Source: a virus
Taxonomy: Duplodnaviria > Caudoviricetes
Reading direction: 5' to 3' (one strand)
Virus record (IMG/VR): IMGVR_UViG_3300046092_000227
Coordinates: 1 to 51,371 of that record
Length of the DNA: 51,371 nt
The first letter of the stretch is position 1; each line of letters begins with the position of its first letter. Of the stretch, positions 18,572-28,367 are shown in pieces. Under the pieces are notes generated by a model. That model was given only the letters and a program-made list of their open reading frames with translations. It did no database searches and had not been told where the DNA came from. The translations under genes and the position numbers were made by a program.

Positions 18572-18846
18572 AAAGAAACTTTGATATTGTGGTTCAGAAA
18601 GTCTTGAATGTCGTTACGAATTGACATTTGTATACGAGCGGGATTATCGCGGCATAATGTTAAAAGATCAAGGGCTTTTTTTAATTGTTTTTTAAGATTT
18701 TTAAGCTCATCTGCTCGCAAATATAAAATGTCATGTTTCCAAATTAAATCTTCGCACCAAGAGACATCACCAACTTCAGTTGGTTCGCTGGGAGGTTCTT
18801 GGTCGCCGTAGAATTGTAAGTATATTTTGTCGGGAGGATTAAGCAT
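18568..18846 (-). CDS. Hypothetical protein
   Basis: PDKIYLQ...VSWCED...YLRAD, a recurrent phage motif. Confidence 0.65.
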   Translation of the reverse strand: MLNPPDKIYLQFYGDQEPPSEPTEVGDVSWCEDLIWKHDILYLRADELKNLKKQLKKALDLLTLCRDNPARIQMSIRNDIQDFLNHNIKVSL

Positions 18847-19090
18847 AAAAATCTATTGTTGCGATCATGTGCAATTGAGCATTTTTATCTAATTTTTTAA
18901 ACTCTATGGTTAATGCTTCTAGTTTTTTAGCAGCAACGAGTCCAGAACCAGAAAAATGAAAGAAAAACTCTTGTCCATTCTCTTGTTTTTTAAACACTAA
19001 TTCATCATCTCCGATAATTAAATCAGTTAGTTTTTTCATTGAGACTCTCTTGGAGTTTTGAGAGCCTTCTACACGTGTCCATTCACCCAT
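18839..19090 (-). CDS. Hypothetical protein
   Basis: 83 aa ORF. Confidence 0.55.
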   Translation of the reverse strand: MGEWTRVEGSQNSKRVSMKKLTDLIIGDDELVFKKQENGQEFFFHFSGSGLVAAKKLEALTIEFKKLDKNAQLHMIATIDFYA

Positions 19091-19093
19091 AAA

Positions 19094-19495
19094 TTAATCC
19101 TTTTCGCTAGTAGCTTCTTCAATCATTTTTCTCATATTTTCCAATTCTTTTTTAGCCGCGCCTTCTAGTGTCGCAGCCTTTTTCTTGGCGCATTCAGCCA
19201 TATCTGCTAGAATTAGGCGCATATTTTTATTTAGCGCATAATCCAAAAGCTGTTGAGCTAATTTACTATCTACATGGGCAAATGTTGAACAGGAAGAACT
19301 TCCATAATATCCAGTATGACAATCAAGAAAAACTTTAGTCGAGAAAACCGAAAATCTGTCATCTCCGCCAAATTTTAATGCATATTTATCGCAACTTGGC
19401 TGTCTAATCTTTTCCGTATGATTATCTACAAGATTAGATAAAGTTTTTGCGGCGTTATTTAGTTGTTTGATTTTTTCAATGTTTTCTGTGTCCAT
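19094..19495 (-). CDS. Hypothetical protein
   Basis: Start moved to MDTEN, 5 nt after TTGACA-N16-TAATAT. Confidence 0.65.
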   Translation of the reverse strand: MDTENIEKIKQLNNAAKTLSNLVDNHTEKIRQPSCDKYALKFGGDDRFSVFSTKVFLDCHTGYYGSSSCSTFAHVDSKLAQQLLDYALNKNMRLILADMAECAKKKAATLEGAAKKELENMRKMIEEATSEKD

Positions 19496-19530
19496 AGGGT
19501 ATATTAAAGCGTTTTTTAGGTTTGTCAATT

Positions 19531-20034
19531 TTATTCTGCCGCTAATTCTCTGATTTTCAGTTCGGCAACTATCGCCCGACACAATGTTTTACCTTTATTG
19601 ATAAAGTCATGAGGTTTTGCATCATTGAATAGAATAACGGAGCCTTTTGACAATGTTTGGTGGGCAACTGTGCCGTTATCCTTAATGTATCCTAGATCAC
19701 CCTTCCCGTCAAGAAAGATAATTAATGAACGATGGTCTTCGCTATATTTTTCAAGACCGTCAACGTGCATTCCTACTGTTCCGAACCGAAAAACATTAGC
19801 ATCAAGCATTTCCCAGTTTAATTTTCGCGCCGCAATAAAATTTCTGACAAATTCGCCCTCGTAAAGATTATCCACGCCTACACGAAGAATTTCTTGATCT
19901 AGAGAGTCTTTTAGTTTACTGAATTTTAGCTTAGAGAGTTGCCGCTTCTCAAGTGGGGTTAGTTCCAAAGATTTACTGTTTAAAATTAAATCTTGAGCAT
20001 ACGCATCAAGCCGATTGGATAATTCGGTTTCCAT
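19531..20034 (-). CDS. 2OG-Fe(II) oxygenase / cupin-fold protein
   Basis: MHVD (HxD), GSVILFNDAKPH (distal His) and a C-terminal Arg (CRAIV). Confidence 0.7.
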   Translation of the reverse strand: METELSNRLDAYAQDLILNSKSLELTPLEKRQLSKLKFSKLKDSLDQEILRVGVDNLYEGEFVRNFIAARKLNWEMLDANVFRFGTVGMHVDGLEKYSEDHRSLIIFLDGKGDLGYIKDNGTVAHQTLSKGSVILFNDAKPHDFINKGKTLCRAIVAELKIRELAAE

Positions 20035-20048
20035 ATAGTCATTATAAA

Positions 20049-20939
20049 TTATTTTGCCGCTAATTCTCTGATCTTAAAGATGGCTCGACATTTTGATTTC
20101 AATTCACAGTCCCATAGAGCACTTTGCCCATAATCTTTTGGAAATGAAACTGGCATATCGGCATGTTTACGAGTGCCATCGACACCTTCGCTGTAATGAA
20201 AAATAGGTTCAACTGGCCAAGTGTCATGAGCCATGTTGAAAGCCTCACTATCGGTTAAACCATCAGGCAACAAAGAATGATGCAAAGTATCAAAAGTAAT
20301 TGGAATACCGCGAAAATATTCTACAAGATTCTTGACGCTCCAAAAACCATTGGCATTATCGTTATTTTCTAACACAAGACGGTTACGAACACTGTCTGGT
20401 AATTGATCGTAAACTTCCCAGACTTTAGACGCGATTTGCACTGGATCACCTTCGCGACGAACATGGACATTTAATGGTGAGCGATAATCATTTGGCAAAC
20501 CAAGAAGATCAAAAATTTCTGCGTGCTGTTGCAAATCAAGGATGCTGTTGTTGATGCATTCTGGATTATCGCTAGACAATGTGATATACTCGCTAGGATG
20601 GGCTGAAATTCTCAGAGGAGATTCGATTAAGCACTGCTTAATTTGCTCACAAACACTTTTGATTGCAGCAAAGTTTGGCAAATCTGCAATTTTAAGATTG
20701 ACATTTTTATGCGTCAAGATTGGCGCAAGGCTACTTGATAGTCGGTAGCCTTGGATATTATTAAGCTGACAGAAACGAATTGTGCGGTGCGTGTTTTTGA
20801 AATTATGCAAAATACGCTCAGATAATTCAGCTAAAGACTCTGAGAGTGGTCGCTTGCAAAATTGCGTATAAGTCATTGTCTTGAACGAATGGCCATTATC
20901 AGATAATGTTTGAGAGATGCAGCAGAGTGATAGTTTCAT
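20049..20939 (-). CDS. uvsE: UV damage endonuclease UvsE/UvdE
   Basis: YRLSS, RISAHP, NVHV, RLVLENND, ITFDTLHH, HYSE, HAD and CELKSK motifs. Confidence 0.92.
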   Translation of the reverse strand: MKLSLCCISQTLSDNGHSFKTMTYTQFCKRPLSESLAELSERILHNFKNTHRTIRFCQLNNIQGYRLSSSLAPILTHKNVNLKIADLPNFAAIKSVCEQIKQCLIESPLRISAHPSEYITLSSDNPECINNSILDLQQHAEIFDLLGLPNDYRSPLNVHVRREGDPVQIASKVWEVYDQLPDSVRNRLVLENNDNANGFWSVKNLVEYFRGIPITFDTLHHSLLPDGLTDSEAFNMAHDTWPVEPIFHYSEGVDGTRKHADMPVSFPKDYGQSALWDCELKSKCRAIFKIRELAAK

Positions 20940-21126
20940 ATTGAGCTAGTTTAACACATTAATCCTCTTCTGGCAACTCCCAAGATTGAATTGCTAGCAG
21001 ATTTATTTCTTCTGCGGCAGAAATTTGTTGATTAGTTTGGTTTAGTTCTTCTGCTGTTTTTGTTGGTTCTAGTGAGTTATTCATTGTTTTTGTTTAATAT
21101 ATTTTGTGAATATTGGAGAGAAAAAT

Positions 21127-21555
21127 ATGAAAATAAAAGTCTTAGTGTGTGGGCGTAGTCAGTCGGGTAAAACTTTTTTTGCTAATTATCTGAAAGATTT
21201 TTTAGAATTTTCTCATTTTAATGGGGACTATGTAAGGGAGTTGACTCACAATAATGACTTTACCATGAAAGGGCGAATTCGTCAAGCTCTTTGCATGAAA
21301 GATTTAGCTCAAGAATGCAAATCGCAAATTGTAGTTTGTGATTTTATCTGCCCCACAAAAGAACTTCGGAAAATATTTGCGCCCGATATAGTGGTTTATT
21401 GCGTCCACTCTGGGTCAGGTAAATATCAAGATACGGACTCTATTTTTGAACCAGTAGAAGATTCAGAAGCGGCGAAAGTTCTTGTATTGGATAGGGGAAA
21501 TGAATTAAATACCGCGAATCTTATTATAGATGCGGTAACAATGTCACTTTCTTAG
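21127..21555 (+). CDS. Adenylylsulfate (APS) kinase-like P-loop kinase
   Basis: GRSQSGKT, FNGDYVR, DFT..GR.RQ, CDFICP...R and FEP motifs of the CysC-like family. Confidence 0.75.
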   Translation: MKIKVLVCGRSQSGKTFFANYLKDFLEFSHFNGDYVRELTHNNDFTMKGRIRQALCMKDLAQECKSQIVVCDFICPTKELRKIFAPDIVVYCVHSGSGKYQDTDSIFEPVEDSEAAKVLVLDRGNELNTANLIIDAVTMSLS

Positions 21556-21971
21556 TTTTGCCGTGCGATTGTTAAAATTTTCCAGCGGTTATCAACTTTC
21601 TCAAAGCCAGAGATTTCTAAATCATGCTCTGGCAATACAGAAACATGATTTTTAAATTTACTGCCTCGACTTAAAAAAGGTCCGCCCGATGGATCAATAT
21701 ACTCTGGATCACTTTGGTCTTTTTTATAGCCAATTCTAAAACATAAGTCTAATTGCTCTCCACCAAAAAACCATTCACCATTTTGTAATTCAAAATATCG
21801 CTCTTCATTATAGCGGCTCTTAAAGGTGTAGCGGTTATTTTCAAACACTGGAGGAGGTGGAGGCAGACTATCTACCCATGCAAAATACTCTTTAATCTCA
21901 TCTTCACTAGCGGATACCAATGAATACATGCCGCTGTACCATTTGGGTTTTTTTAGTTTTTTAGTAGCCAT
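21552..21971 (-). CDS. Conserved phage protein
   Basis: YIDPSGGPFL motif; start moved to MATKK. Confidence 0.65.
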   Translation of the reverse strand: MATKKLKKPKWYSGMYSLVSASEDEIKEYFAWVDSLPPPPPVFENNRYTFKSRYNEERYFELQNGEWFFGGEQLDLCFRIGYKKDQSDPEYIDPSGGPFLSRGSKFKNHVSVLPEHDLEISGFEKVDNRWKILTIARQN

Positions 21972-22156
21972 ATTAATTAATTTGTCCGTCAATTATTTCA
22001 TTACCATATGAAATAGCATCACTGGCTAGAGTTTTTAATTTCTTTGGGAGATTACTTTTTGAAATCTCTAAAAGTGCATTTTCATACTTTTCAAGTAAGT
22101 CTATGAATGATTCAATAATTAACATCGCTTCGTCATTAGTAAAGCGGTTTTTAAAA

Positions 22157-22369
22157 TTAGTATTTTGGTCCATCTTCTTCGTCACACCAACATTGAACTT
22201 TACCCATTCGCACGACATGCAATCCGCAGTCTTGCCTTTTACAAAGATGCCAAATTTGTTCGCCATCCGTCACTTCTTTCTTTCGAAAGATTTCGTCGTA
22301 ATTGCTCCAATACGCTTGGAGATTTGCGCCTTTTCTTAATTTATCGCCTTTTCCGTTACTTGATTTCAT
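22157..22369 (-). CDS. Small conserved phage protein
   Basis: GKGDKLR...NYDEIF motif. Confidence 0.6.
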   Translation of the reverse strand: MKSSNGKGDKLRKGANLQAYWSNYDEIFRKKEVTDGEQIWHLCKRQDCGLHVVRMGKVQCWCDEEDGPKY

Positions 22370-22628
22370 TTTTTATTAGTTCAAAAGTTTCCCATTCACG
22401 AAATCCTTTTTTGTTGCAGCATCCAAGACCACCACGACCGCTGCAAATAGTGCAAGTTTTTTTATGTTTTTTTTTGTTTAAAGACTTGACCACTCCTTCT
22501 CCAGCACACATATAACAGTTCACAGAAGACTCATGACCACAAAAATAACCAATTTCACCATTTCCTTCACAATAGGGGCAAATTAAAAATCCCGCTGATT
22601 CAACAATAGATTTAATGGTTGGTGTCAT
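22356..22628 (-). CDS. DnaJ-type CxxCxGxG zinc-finger protein
   Basis: CPYCEGNG, CYMCAGEG, CTICSGRG and CCNKKG. Confidence 0.75.
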   Translation of the reverse strand: MTPTIKSIVESAGFLICPYCEGNGEIGYFCGHESSVNCYMCAGEGVVKSLNKKKHKKTCTICSGRGGLGCCNKKGFREWETFELIKNEIK

Positions 22629-22891
22629 TGCTTTATTCTATACTCAATTTCGATTTCTACAAGCTCAAATTCAAGAGAATTCTGTTTATAATATTCTATA
22701 CCATTCATAGAGCTGCGCATCAAATCTTCTTCAATGACGTTTATTGCTTTGTATGCCATGTCTTCAGGAACAAATTCATCAACAAGATGCATGTAAACAT
22801 CCCAATTGTTAATGAATGTTTCTAATGCAACCCACTTGCCTGTTGGTTTGTGTCGGTATGCAAATCTTGTTTCGGTACTAATTGTATTCAT
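22625..22891 (-). CDS. Hypothetical protein (tandem paralog B)
   Basis: FAYRHKPTGKWV...EFELVEI. Confidence 0.7.
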   Translation of the reverse strand: MNTISTETRFAYRHKPTGKWVALETFINNWDVYMHLVDEFVPEDMAYKAINVIEEDLMRSSMNGIEYYKQNSLEFELVEIEIEYRIKQ

Positions 22892-23174
22892 ATGTTACTT
22901 TTATTTCCACAAGCTCAAATTCAAGAAAGTTTTGAGCAGCATATTTTTCCCCATTCATAGTGCTAGCCTTTAAACTTGAACGCAATGAATTTTCAGTATT
23001 GATTGAAGCATCAATAAAATGCTCCACTAATTCTATTCCGTAAACATATGGATGTTTATCATTATCCCAGAGTTGGTCTTCAAAATAAACATCAATATAT
23101 ACCCATTTGTTTGTTGGCTTGTGGCGATAGGCAAATTTTTTTTCTGTATGAATCGTGATCATGGTTTGATTCAA
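22878..23174 (-). CDS. Hypothetical protein (tandem paralog A)
   Basis: FAYRHKPTNKWV...EFELVEI. Confidence 0.7.
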   Translation of the reverse strand: MNQTMITIHTEKKFAYRHKPTNKWVYIDVYFEDQLWDNDKHPYVYGIELVEHFIDASINTENSLRSSLKASTMNGEKYAAQNFLEFELVEIKVTYEYN

Positions 23175-23434
23175 TATTGTGGATTAATTGAATATTGTTG
23201 CGCCCAAGTGTGGGTAACTTCTCGACCCAAATCTCTAACGACTGATTGAATCATAGATGCATTTTCAATATTCACTGGAAAATCTATTTCTATGCTCTCA
23301 CCACAACCCAGCCAAAGACGAAATCCATTGTTATAACAATCTAAATCAAGAGAATTAGGAGTAAAAATACCCTCGCAATTTTTAATTGCTTCTGCATGAG
23401 GCTCAAGAATTTTTTTGATTGTTGTCATTGTCAT
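23171..23434 (-). CDS. Hypothetical protein
   Basis: 87 aa ORF. Confidence 0.55.
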   Translation of the reverse strand: MTMTTIKKILEPHAEAIKNCEGIFTPNSLDLDCYNNGFRLWLGCGESIEIDFPVNIENASMIQSVVRDLGREVTHTWAQQYSINPQY

Positions 23435-23581
23435 TGTTAAATCTTTCTACTAATTTATCAAGCAGCATCAAATGATATTCTCCATTTTTCATCTTGAACA
23501 AATCAGCTTGCAAAATGCTGTAGCTTGTTGAGAATTGTTTGTCTTTGCTCTCAATTGAGATTGTAATGATTTCGTCGCCTG

Positions 23582-23956
23582 TTATAAATTTAAAAGTTCT
23601 TTATTTTCCAAAATATTTCCAACCACTTCCATAGTTGGGAGCGGAGTGAATGGCCACGAACTACTCTCTATTCCGTCAAAATCAATAAGCACCCAACCAT
23701 TATGCTCCCACGCTACTAGGTCAACGAAATTAGCCTTTGGGTCATCAAAATAGTATTTAACAATATCGCCTTCATAAATTGAGACTCCATTTTTATCCTC
23801 TGCTCCAACGTATTGCTGAATGACATAATTTTCTTGATCATCTGCCTCATTAGCTTGACCGCAAGCTTCATCAATAACAAAGATTTTGCCAAGATTATCA
23901 ATTAATAATTGCTCATTTCTCTTAAGTTTGTCCCAGATTCGGAATTTTTTTTTCAT
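23582..23956 (-). CDS. YopX-family protein
   Basis: KFRIWDK...QQYVGAEDKNGVSIYEGDIV...EVVGNILEN; start moved. Confidence 0.85.
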   Translation of the reverse strand: MKKKFRIWDKLKRNEQLLIDNLGKIFVIDEACGQANEADDQENYVIQQYVGAEDKNGVSIYEGDIVKYYFDDPKANFVDLVAWEHNGWVLIDFDGIESSSWPFTPLPTMEVVGNILENKELLNL

Positions 23957-24179
23957 ATTTTTTAATTTAAATTCGGCTCGCGAAAGTAATTGTCGATTTC
24001 TGATAATGCTTTGATTACTAGATCTTCTCTCATGGCTATACGAGCGTAGTAAATGCGAAGGCAAATATCGCGAAGAATATCATGCTCTTCTGTTGTTTGA
24101 TCAAGTTTATTCATTTTGAATTTTACTAAATACGCTGTCACTACTTTGATAAAGTTGTAGATTAAAAATTTATAGCTTT

Positions 24180-24644
24180 TCATTTTTTAAAATAATCAGG
24201 GTCTTCACAAATATTACCAACGACTTCTACATCAATCCATGATGGATCATAATCAGGTGAAAATACACAAGCGTCTTTAGGCATAAACTCTATAAGAGGA
24301 TTTGATGCTAAAGAAAAACTCCCAATAATAAATTCAATAGGTCCAGTCACCATTCCAGCGTTACAAATATCGCCTTCGTAAATTTCTTTTGCGTTTTTAT
24401 CTTTTAATCCAGTGTATTGCTGGATTACATAACGAGGCTCTTTGATGATGGTTGTTCCTTGCCAATAGTATTCAACAGCAAGGGAAGATGTAAAGCTGTC
24501 GCAGCTATAATCTCCAACATAATCAACAAGATTGCCTGTGAATGGGCAAATTGTCCAATTGCTGTAGCAATGCAGACTGCTACTATTTTCAAGCCAATGA
24601 CAGTATTGCTTGTCCCAGATTCGGAATTTAATTTCTCTATTCAT
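24180..24644 (-). CDS. YopX-family protein
   Basis: REIKFRIWDK...QQYTGLKDKNAKEIYEGDI...EVVGNICE. Confidence 0.88.
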   Translation of the reverse strand: MNREIKFRIWDKQYCHWLENSSSLHCYSNWTICPFTGNLVDYVGDYSCDSFTSSLAVEYYWQGTTIIKEPRYVIQQYTGLKDKNAKEIYEGDICNAGMVTGPIEFIIGSFSLASNPLIEFMPKDACVFSPDYDPSWIDVEVVGNICEDPDYFKK

Positions 24645-24742
24645 TGTTTTATCGGTTAAGCCAAACATAAACTAGACCCAAGATCAATAAAATCCACACT
24701 ATAATAGTTGGCCAACCATCCATTACTTCATTATTTGGATCA

Positions 24743-25042
24743 TTATATCTGCTCATTTTTTTCTTCCTTTAATGGCCATTCAAACATTGGCAAGTGAAAA
24801 AGATTGTCACCTTCAATTTCTTCCAACCAAATTGCACACCAGCTAGAATAAACTTCACAATTGCGTACCGTATAAGTTTCTCCAACCTTCAAGTTGTCTT
24901 TGGCGAATTGAATAACATTGGTGTAGTGTGGATAGAAAAATCCATCAGCACTCTTGAATTTTACTTTATCACCAACGTTAGGCCATTTGCTTTCTTTCAA
25001 ATGCTTAAACATTTCTAGGTTGTTATTCATTTGTTCAGTCAT
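24743..25042 (-). CDS. Hypothetical protein
   Basis: 99 aa ORF. Confidence 0.65.
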   Translation of the reverse strand: MTEQMNNNLEMFKHLKESKWPNVGDKVKFKSADGFFYPHYTNVIQFAKDNLKVGETYTVRNCEVYSSWCAIWLEEIEGDNLFHLPMFEWPLKEEKNEQI

Positions 25043-25192
25043 CGGTCAAAAGGATTAAAGTTTTTAAATTTTGACATTGCATAGAGCAGAAATGCTATTC
25101 CAAATCCAGCCGCTGAACAAAATCCAAGCCAAAATCGCTCGTCAAAGAGCCAATCAGGAATTGTAATGGTAAGTGCTAGTAGTGTGTTCATA

Positions 25193-25477
25193 TTAGCAAT
25201 ATGTTTTATTTTTATGTAATTCTGTATCAAACTTTGTGTTTAAATCAACATCACATATAGTTTTAAAAGCGTCTGATATTGATGGTGTTATAGGATCATA
25301 TTGTGGATAACGGGTAGGATTATTAAAAAATTCCTCTTCGCTACGATCAGGAGTTTTCTTCTCAAACAAAAGAGCTAAATGATCTTTGATGATTTGAGTT
25401 TGATTTTTATCAATAGATTCTGCATTAGAAATCTCAAGGAATCCATGCAGCCAAATTGTGAATTGTTCGTAGTTCAT
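25193..25477 (-). CDS. Conserved phage protein
   Basis: QFTIWLHGFLEI...IIKDHLALLF.K.TP...YC. Confidence 0.75.
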   Translation of the reverse strand: MNYEQFTIWLHGFLEISNAESIDKNQTQIIKDHLALLFEKKTPDRSEEEFFNNPTRYPQYDPITPSISDAFKTICDVDLNTKFDTELHKNKTYC

Positions 25478-25478
25478 A

Positions 25479-25802
25479 TTATTTGTCTCTCCAATGCTTA
25501 TTTGGAATGCCTCGTTTATCTGCTACATATTGAGCAACACCATTATATCCACTTTCTCTATACATTTCAAATAGTTTCGGAATGTCTTTGTGAGGAACTC
25601 CTTCAGCATCAGCACCAGGTGCAAAATAATCGTTGACGTTTATGTAAAGTTCTGCGGTACTACCATCTTTAGATTGACTGGAAAACAAGATGCCTTCATC
25701 CAAAAGAAATGCAAGCATATCTTCTTCGTTTGGAACTTTTTCACCAGCAATTTCAAAGTAGTAATTGCGTTCGATTGTGACTGTTTCTGAATATTCTAAC
25801 AT
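25479..25802 (-). CDS. Hypothetical protein
   Basis: 107 aa ORF with NVNDYF..GADAE. Confidence 0.65.
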   Translation of the reverse strand: MLEYSETVTIERNYYFEIAGEKVPNEEDMLAFLLDEGILFSSQSKDGSTAELYINVNDYFAPGADAEGVPHKDIPKLFEMYRESGYNGVAQYVADKRGIPNKHWRDK

Positions 25803-25805
25803 AGC

Positions 25806-26312
25806 TTATTCTTTACTATAGAGTTTATCCCACAATTTGTCAACTTCATTTAGGGTTTCTTTGGCGTAGTCGCCAATTTTACCGCCTCCACATTCTTCAG
25901 CAATGATTTTCAAAGCATTAAACATTACTTCCCACTGATCTTGGAAGCAATTATAATCTTTTAAATTTATTTCTCCGTACTTACAAACCACTGCTTCGCA
26001 GTTGATGGGAGGGCAACAACCTGTCTCTCCGCAGCTATCGCATTTTGCGCAGTAGTTGTTTTCAGAATCAATTTGATTTTGAATATCTGGGCTATAATTT
26101 GCGTTCATTTTTCCATCATCACTAAACTCTGCAATGATTTCTTTGTCAATAAAATAACAAATTTCAGTTGTGTCGGGAATTCTGAAACCATAGACTGTTT
26201 CTTCATCCATAATGTCTGTTCGACCTGTACAAATACCTTCCCCTTCATATTTGTTATAGTCGTATGGACCTTGACAGTAGATCATGTATTTTTTATCTTT
26301 GATTGGAATCAT
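25806..26312 (-). CDS. Cys-rich hypothetical protein
   Basis: YCAKCDSCGETGCCPPINC...CKY; start moved. Confidence 0.65.
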   Translation of the reverse strand: MIPIKDKKYMIYCQGPYDYNKYEGEGICTGRTDIMDEETVYGFRIPDTTEICYFIDKEIIAEFSDDGKMNANYSPDIQNQIDSENNYCAKCDSCGETGCCPPINCEAVVCKYGEINLKDYNCFQDQWEVMFNALKIIAEECGGGKIGDYAKETLNEVDKLWDKLYSKE

Positions 26313-26313
26313 A

Positions 26314-26913
26314 TTATTGTTTAGTTGGCTTGTAATTATTATATGGACTTTCCTCAATAAGCTTTGGTGCTAAAGTTCTATACCACCCACCATTTGAGCA
26401 CAATTCGCCTTTCTCGCCACTAGCTTCACAGGTTTTGGAGCAAAGGTATTCTGCAAATAGAACCATCCCAGCAACTTGCTTGTCGCCACCAGAATAATAA
26501 AATCTTAGGTCAGCAAATTTTGATTTAATTTGGTCAATCTTCACTGCTGGTGGATAAACTTTATTATATTTGACGCATTTGTAGGAGCGTCTTTGAAATT
26601 TCTCAACAAAAGAAAAGAGAGGTTTGTTGTATTGCCATTTATTGAATGTCGGAAACGTTTTGATAAACAAACTATGAACCCATTTAATAAAATTAGCAAT
26701 ACCTCTCCAGAAGTAATACTTTTTATTAATTATTTGGCGCTCGCTTTGATAAGTGTTTTTTGTGTATTGCACGATAGCTCCACACAATTCATCAACGATG
26801 CCTTGCCATCCTGTAGGAACCCATGCACCACAAGGGCAATGTTTTTCACCCTCTTCGTTTTCAGAGAAAAGGTCTGGATATTTATTGGTTAAATATTGTT
26901 CGAAATCTTCCAT
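26314..26913 (-). CDS. Conserved phage protein
   Basis: GW..IVDELC...QIKSKFADLRFY...TCEASGEKG...GWYRTL. Confidence 0.8.
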   Translation of the reverse strand: MEDFEQYLTNKYPDLFSENEEGEKHCPCGAWVPTGWQGIVDELCGAIVQYTKNTYQSERQIINKKYYFWRGIANFIKWVHSLFIKTFPTFNKWQYNKPLFSFVEKFQRRSYKCVKYNKVYPPAVKIDQIKSKFADLRFYYSGGDKQVAGMVLFAEYLCSKTCEASGEKGELCSNGGWYRTLAPKLIEESPYNNYKPTKQ

Positions 26914-26915
26914 AA

Positions 26916-27134
26916 TTATTTTGATTCAGTTCCGTTAGAGTATCCATCTTCATTGAAGAAGATGTGAGTAACCTTTAGTTTAATTGCTGGTTTACTGTCG
27001 CCATCAGGGATGAACCAACAATGATCTTCTCCTGTGCTTGCGTCTGTTGTTGCAAGACCTGTCTGACCATAATTTACGCGATCCAAACCGCGTTTATAAC
27101 ATACTCCTCTTTTGATGTAGTATCCTGTTTCCAT
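26916..27134 (-). CDS. Hypothetical protein
   Basis: 72 aa ORF. Confidence 0.55.
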   Translation of the reverse strand: METGYYIKRGVCYKRGLDRVNYGQTGLATTDASTGEDHCWFIPDGDSKPAIKLKVTHIFFNEDGYSNGTESK

Positions 27135-27135
27135 A

Positions 27136-27531
27136 TTATTTTTCTAGTAGGGCGTTAACGATCTTTTCTGCGTTTTCGTGGAAAGATGGGTAGCTAAGAG
27201 TGTTGAATTCTTTTCCATTGCGGCTCATGAACCAATTCCAATCCGCAAGAGCTTGCTCACTGAGAGGTTGATTAACTGGTTTAGCTTCACTAGCTTCACG
27301 AATGATTTTTACCAACTTATCTTGCTTATCTTTTACTGCTGCGATAATCTCTGCTTTGGCAGGATAAACATTGTGATAGATTGACTTACAGCCGTCTTCT
27401 ATTTTGACTAAGTGCCAGCCTTGACGTAAGCCGTCTACGATGCTTACGTCATTGATTTGAATGTATCTATTGCCTCTTTTTTCGTATAAGGCTCTGTTTT
27501 TTTTGTCGTATATAGAGTTCATTGCGTTCAT
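27136..27531 (-). CDS. Hypothetical protein
   Basis: 131 aa ORF with TTGACA-N16-TATAGT-6nt-ATG upstream. Confidence 0.65.
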   Translation of the reverse strand: MNAMNSIYDKKNRALYEKRGNRYIQINDVSIVDGLRQGWHLVKIEDGCKSIYHNVYPAKAEIIAAVKDKQDKLVKIIREASEAKPVNQPLSEQALADWNWFMSRNGKEFNTLSYPSFHENAEKIVNALLEK

Positions 27532-27722
27532 AATCTAACTATAGTTCTATATTTGAGATTGTCAATATCTTATTTCTAATGATTAATACTGCTCCTCGAC
27601 TGTAGTTTTTAAGGCTCTAATAACAGCATTTAACGCCATATAAGACTGATGATTGTCACCGTCAAGAGTAAAGACTTCGCTTTCCAGATTTTCAATCAAT
27701 TTTAATAAAAAAGTTTTCATAA

Positions 27723-28367
27723 TTAATGGCCGAACGCTTCGATAGTATGTTTGAAGGGGTTACCTTCAATGTTCTTAACAAGCTCAAGCATGGTAGTCAC
27801 AAGCTGTCTAGTTTCAAACTGAGCGTCTTTTTTAAGTCGAAGATTACAAAGATGGATAAATGCTTGTAAACTACCCGTCCAAATAAATTTAGTTTCTAAT
27901 GCGAGAGGAAGATGGATTCTGCACTGCTCTTTAGCAACGCCAAATTTACTCATTTCATCATACACTTCTTTAGCATGGTCTAAAACAGACTGCATCTGCT
28001 CAAGAAAATATTTATTTTTATCTTCTGGAAGATCTCCAGCGCTTCCTTGTTTGCTATCTTCAGACTGAAAACGAAGTTTTTCTGGCAACCAATATGAATC
28101 AGAAAAATCTACATACCTTCCAGAAATACTATTTCTTGCCCATCCAATCTGGTGTGTGAAAAGCTGCCTTTCTACAAAAATTGGACATTCAATTCGGAAT
28201 TGAAGCTGTGGATGTCGAAATGGTGATGTATGACCATGTTTAGCTAGAAATTTGAGAAGTTTTGCGTCTTTTTCTTCAAAATTTTCAGTTTCCTTGTCGT
28301 ATGAGACTCTGGCGATATTTGCAATCATAAGATCGCTACCGAAATGGCTAAGTAATTCTGCTTTCAT
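27723..28367 (-). CDS. thyX: FAD-dependent thymidylate synthase
   Basis: ARVSY, HTSPFRH, PIFVERQLFTHQ, NSISGRYV, EQCR..LP and LRL...AQFE; start moved to MKAELL. Confidence 0.92.
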   Translation of the reverse strand: MKAELLSHFGSDLMIANIARVSYDKETENFEEKDAKLLKFLAKHGHTSPFRHPQLQFRIECPIFVERQLFTHQIGWARNSISGRYVDFSDSYWLPEKLRFQSEDSKQGSAGDLPEDKNKYFLEQMQSVLDHAKEVYDEMSKFGVAKEQCRIHLPLALETKFIWTGSLQAFIHLCNLRLKKDAQFETRQLVTTMLELVKNIEGNPFKHTIEAFGH

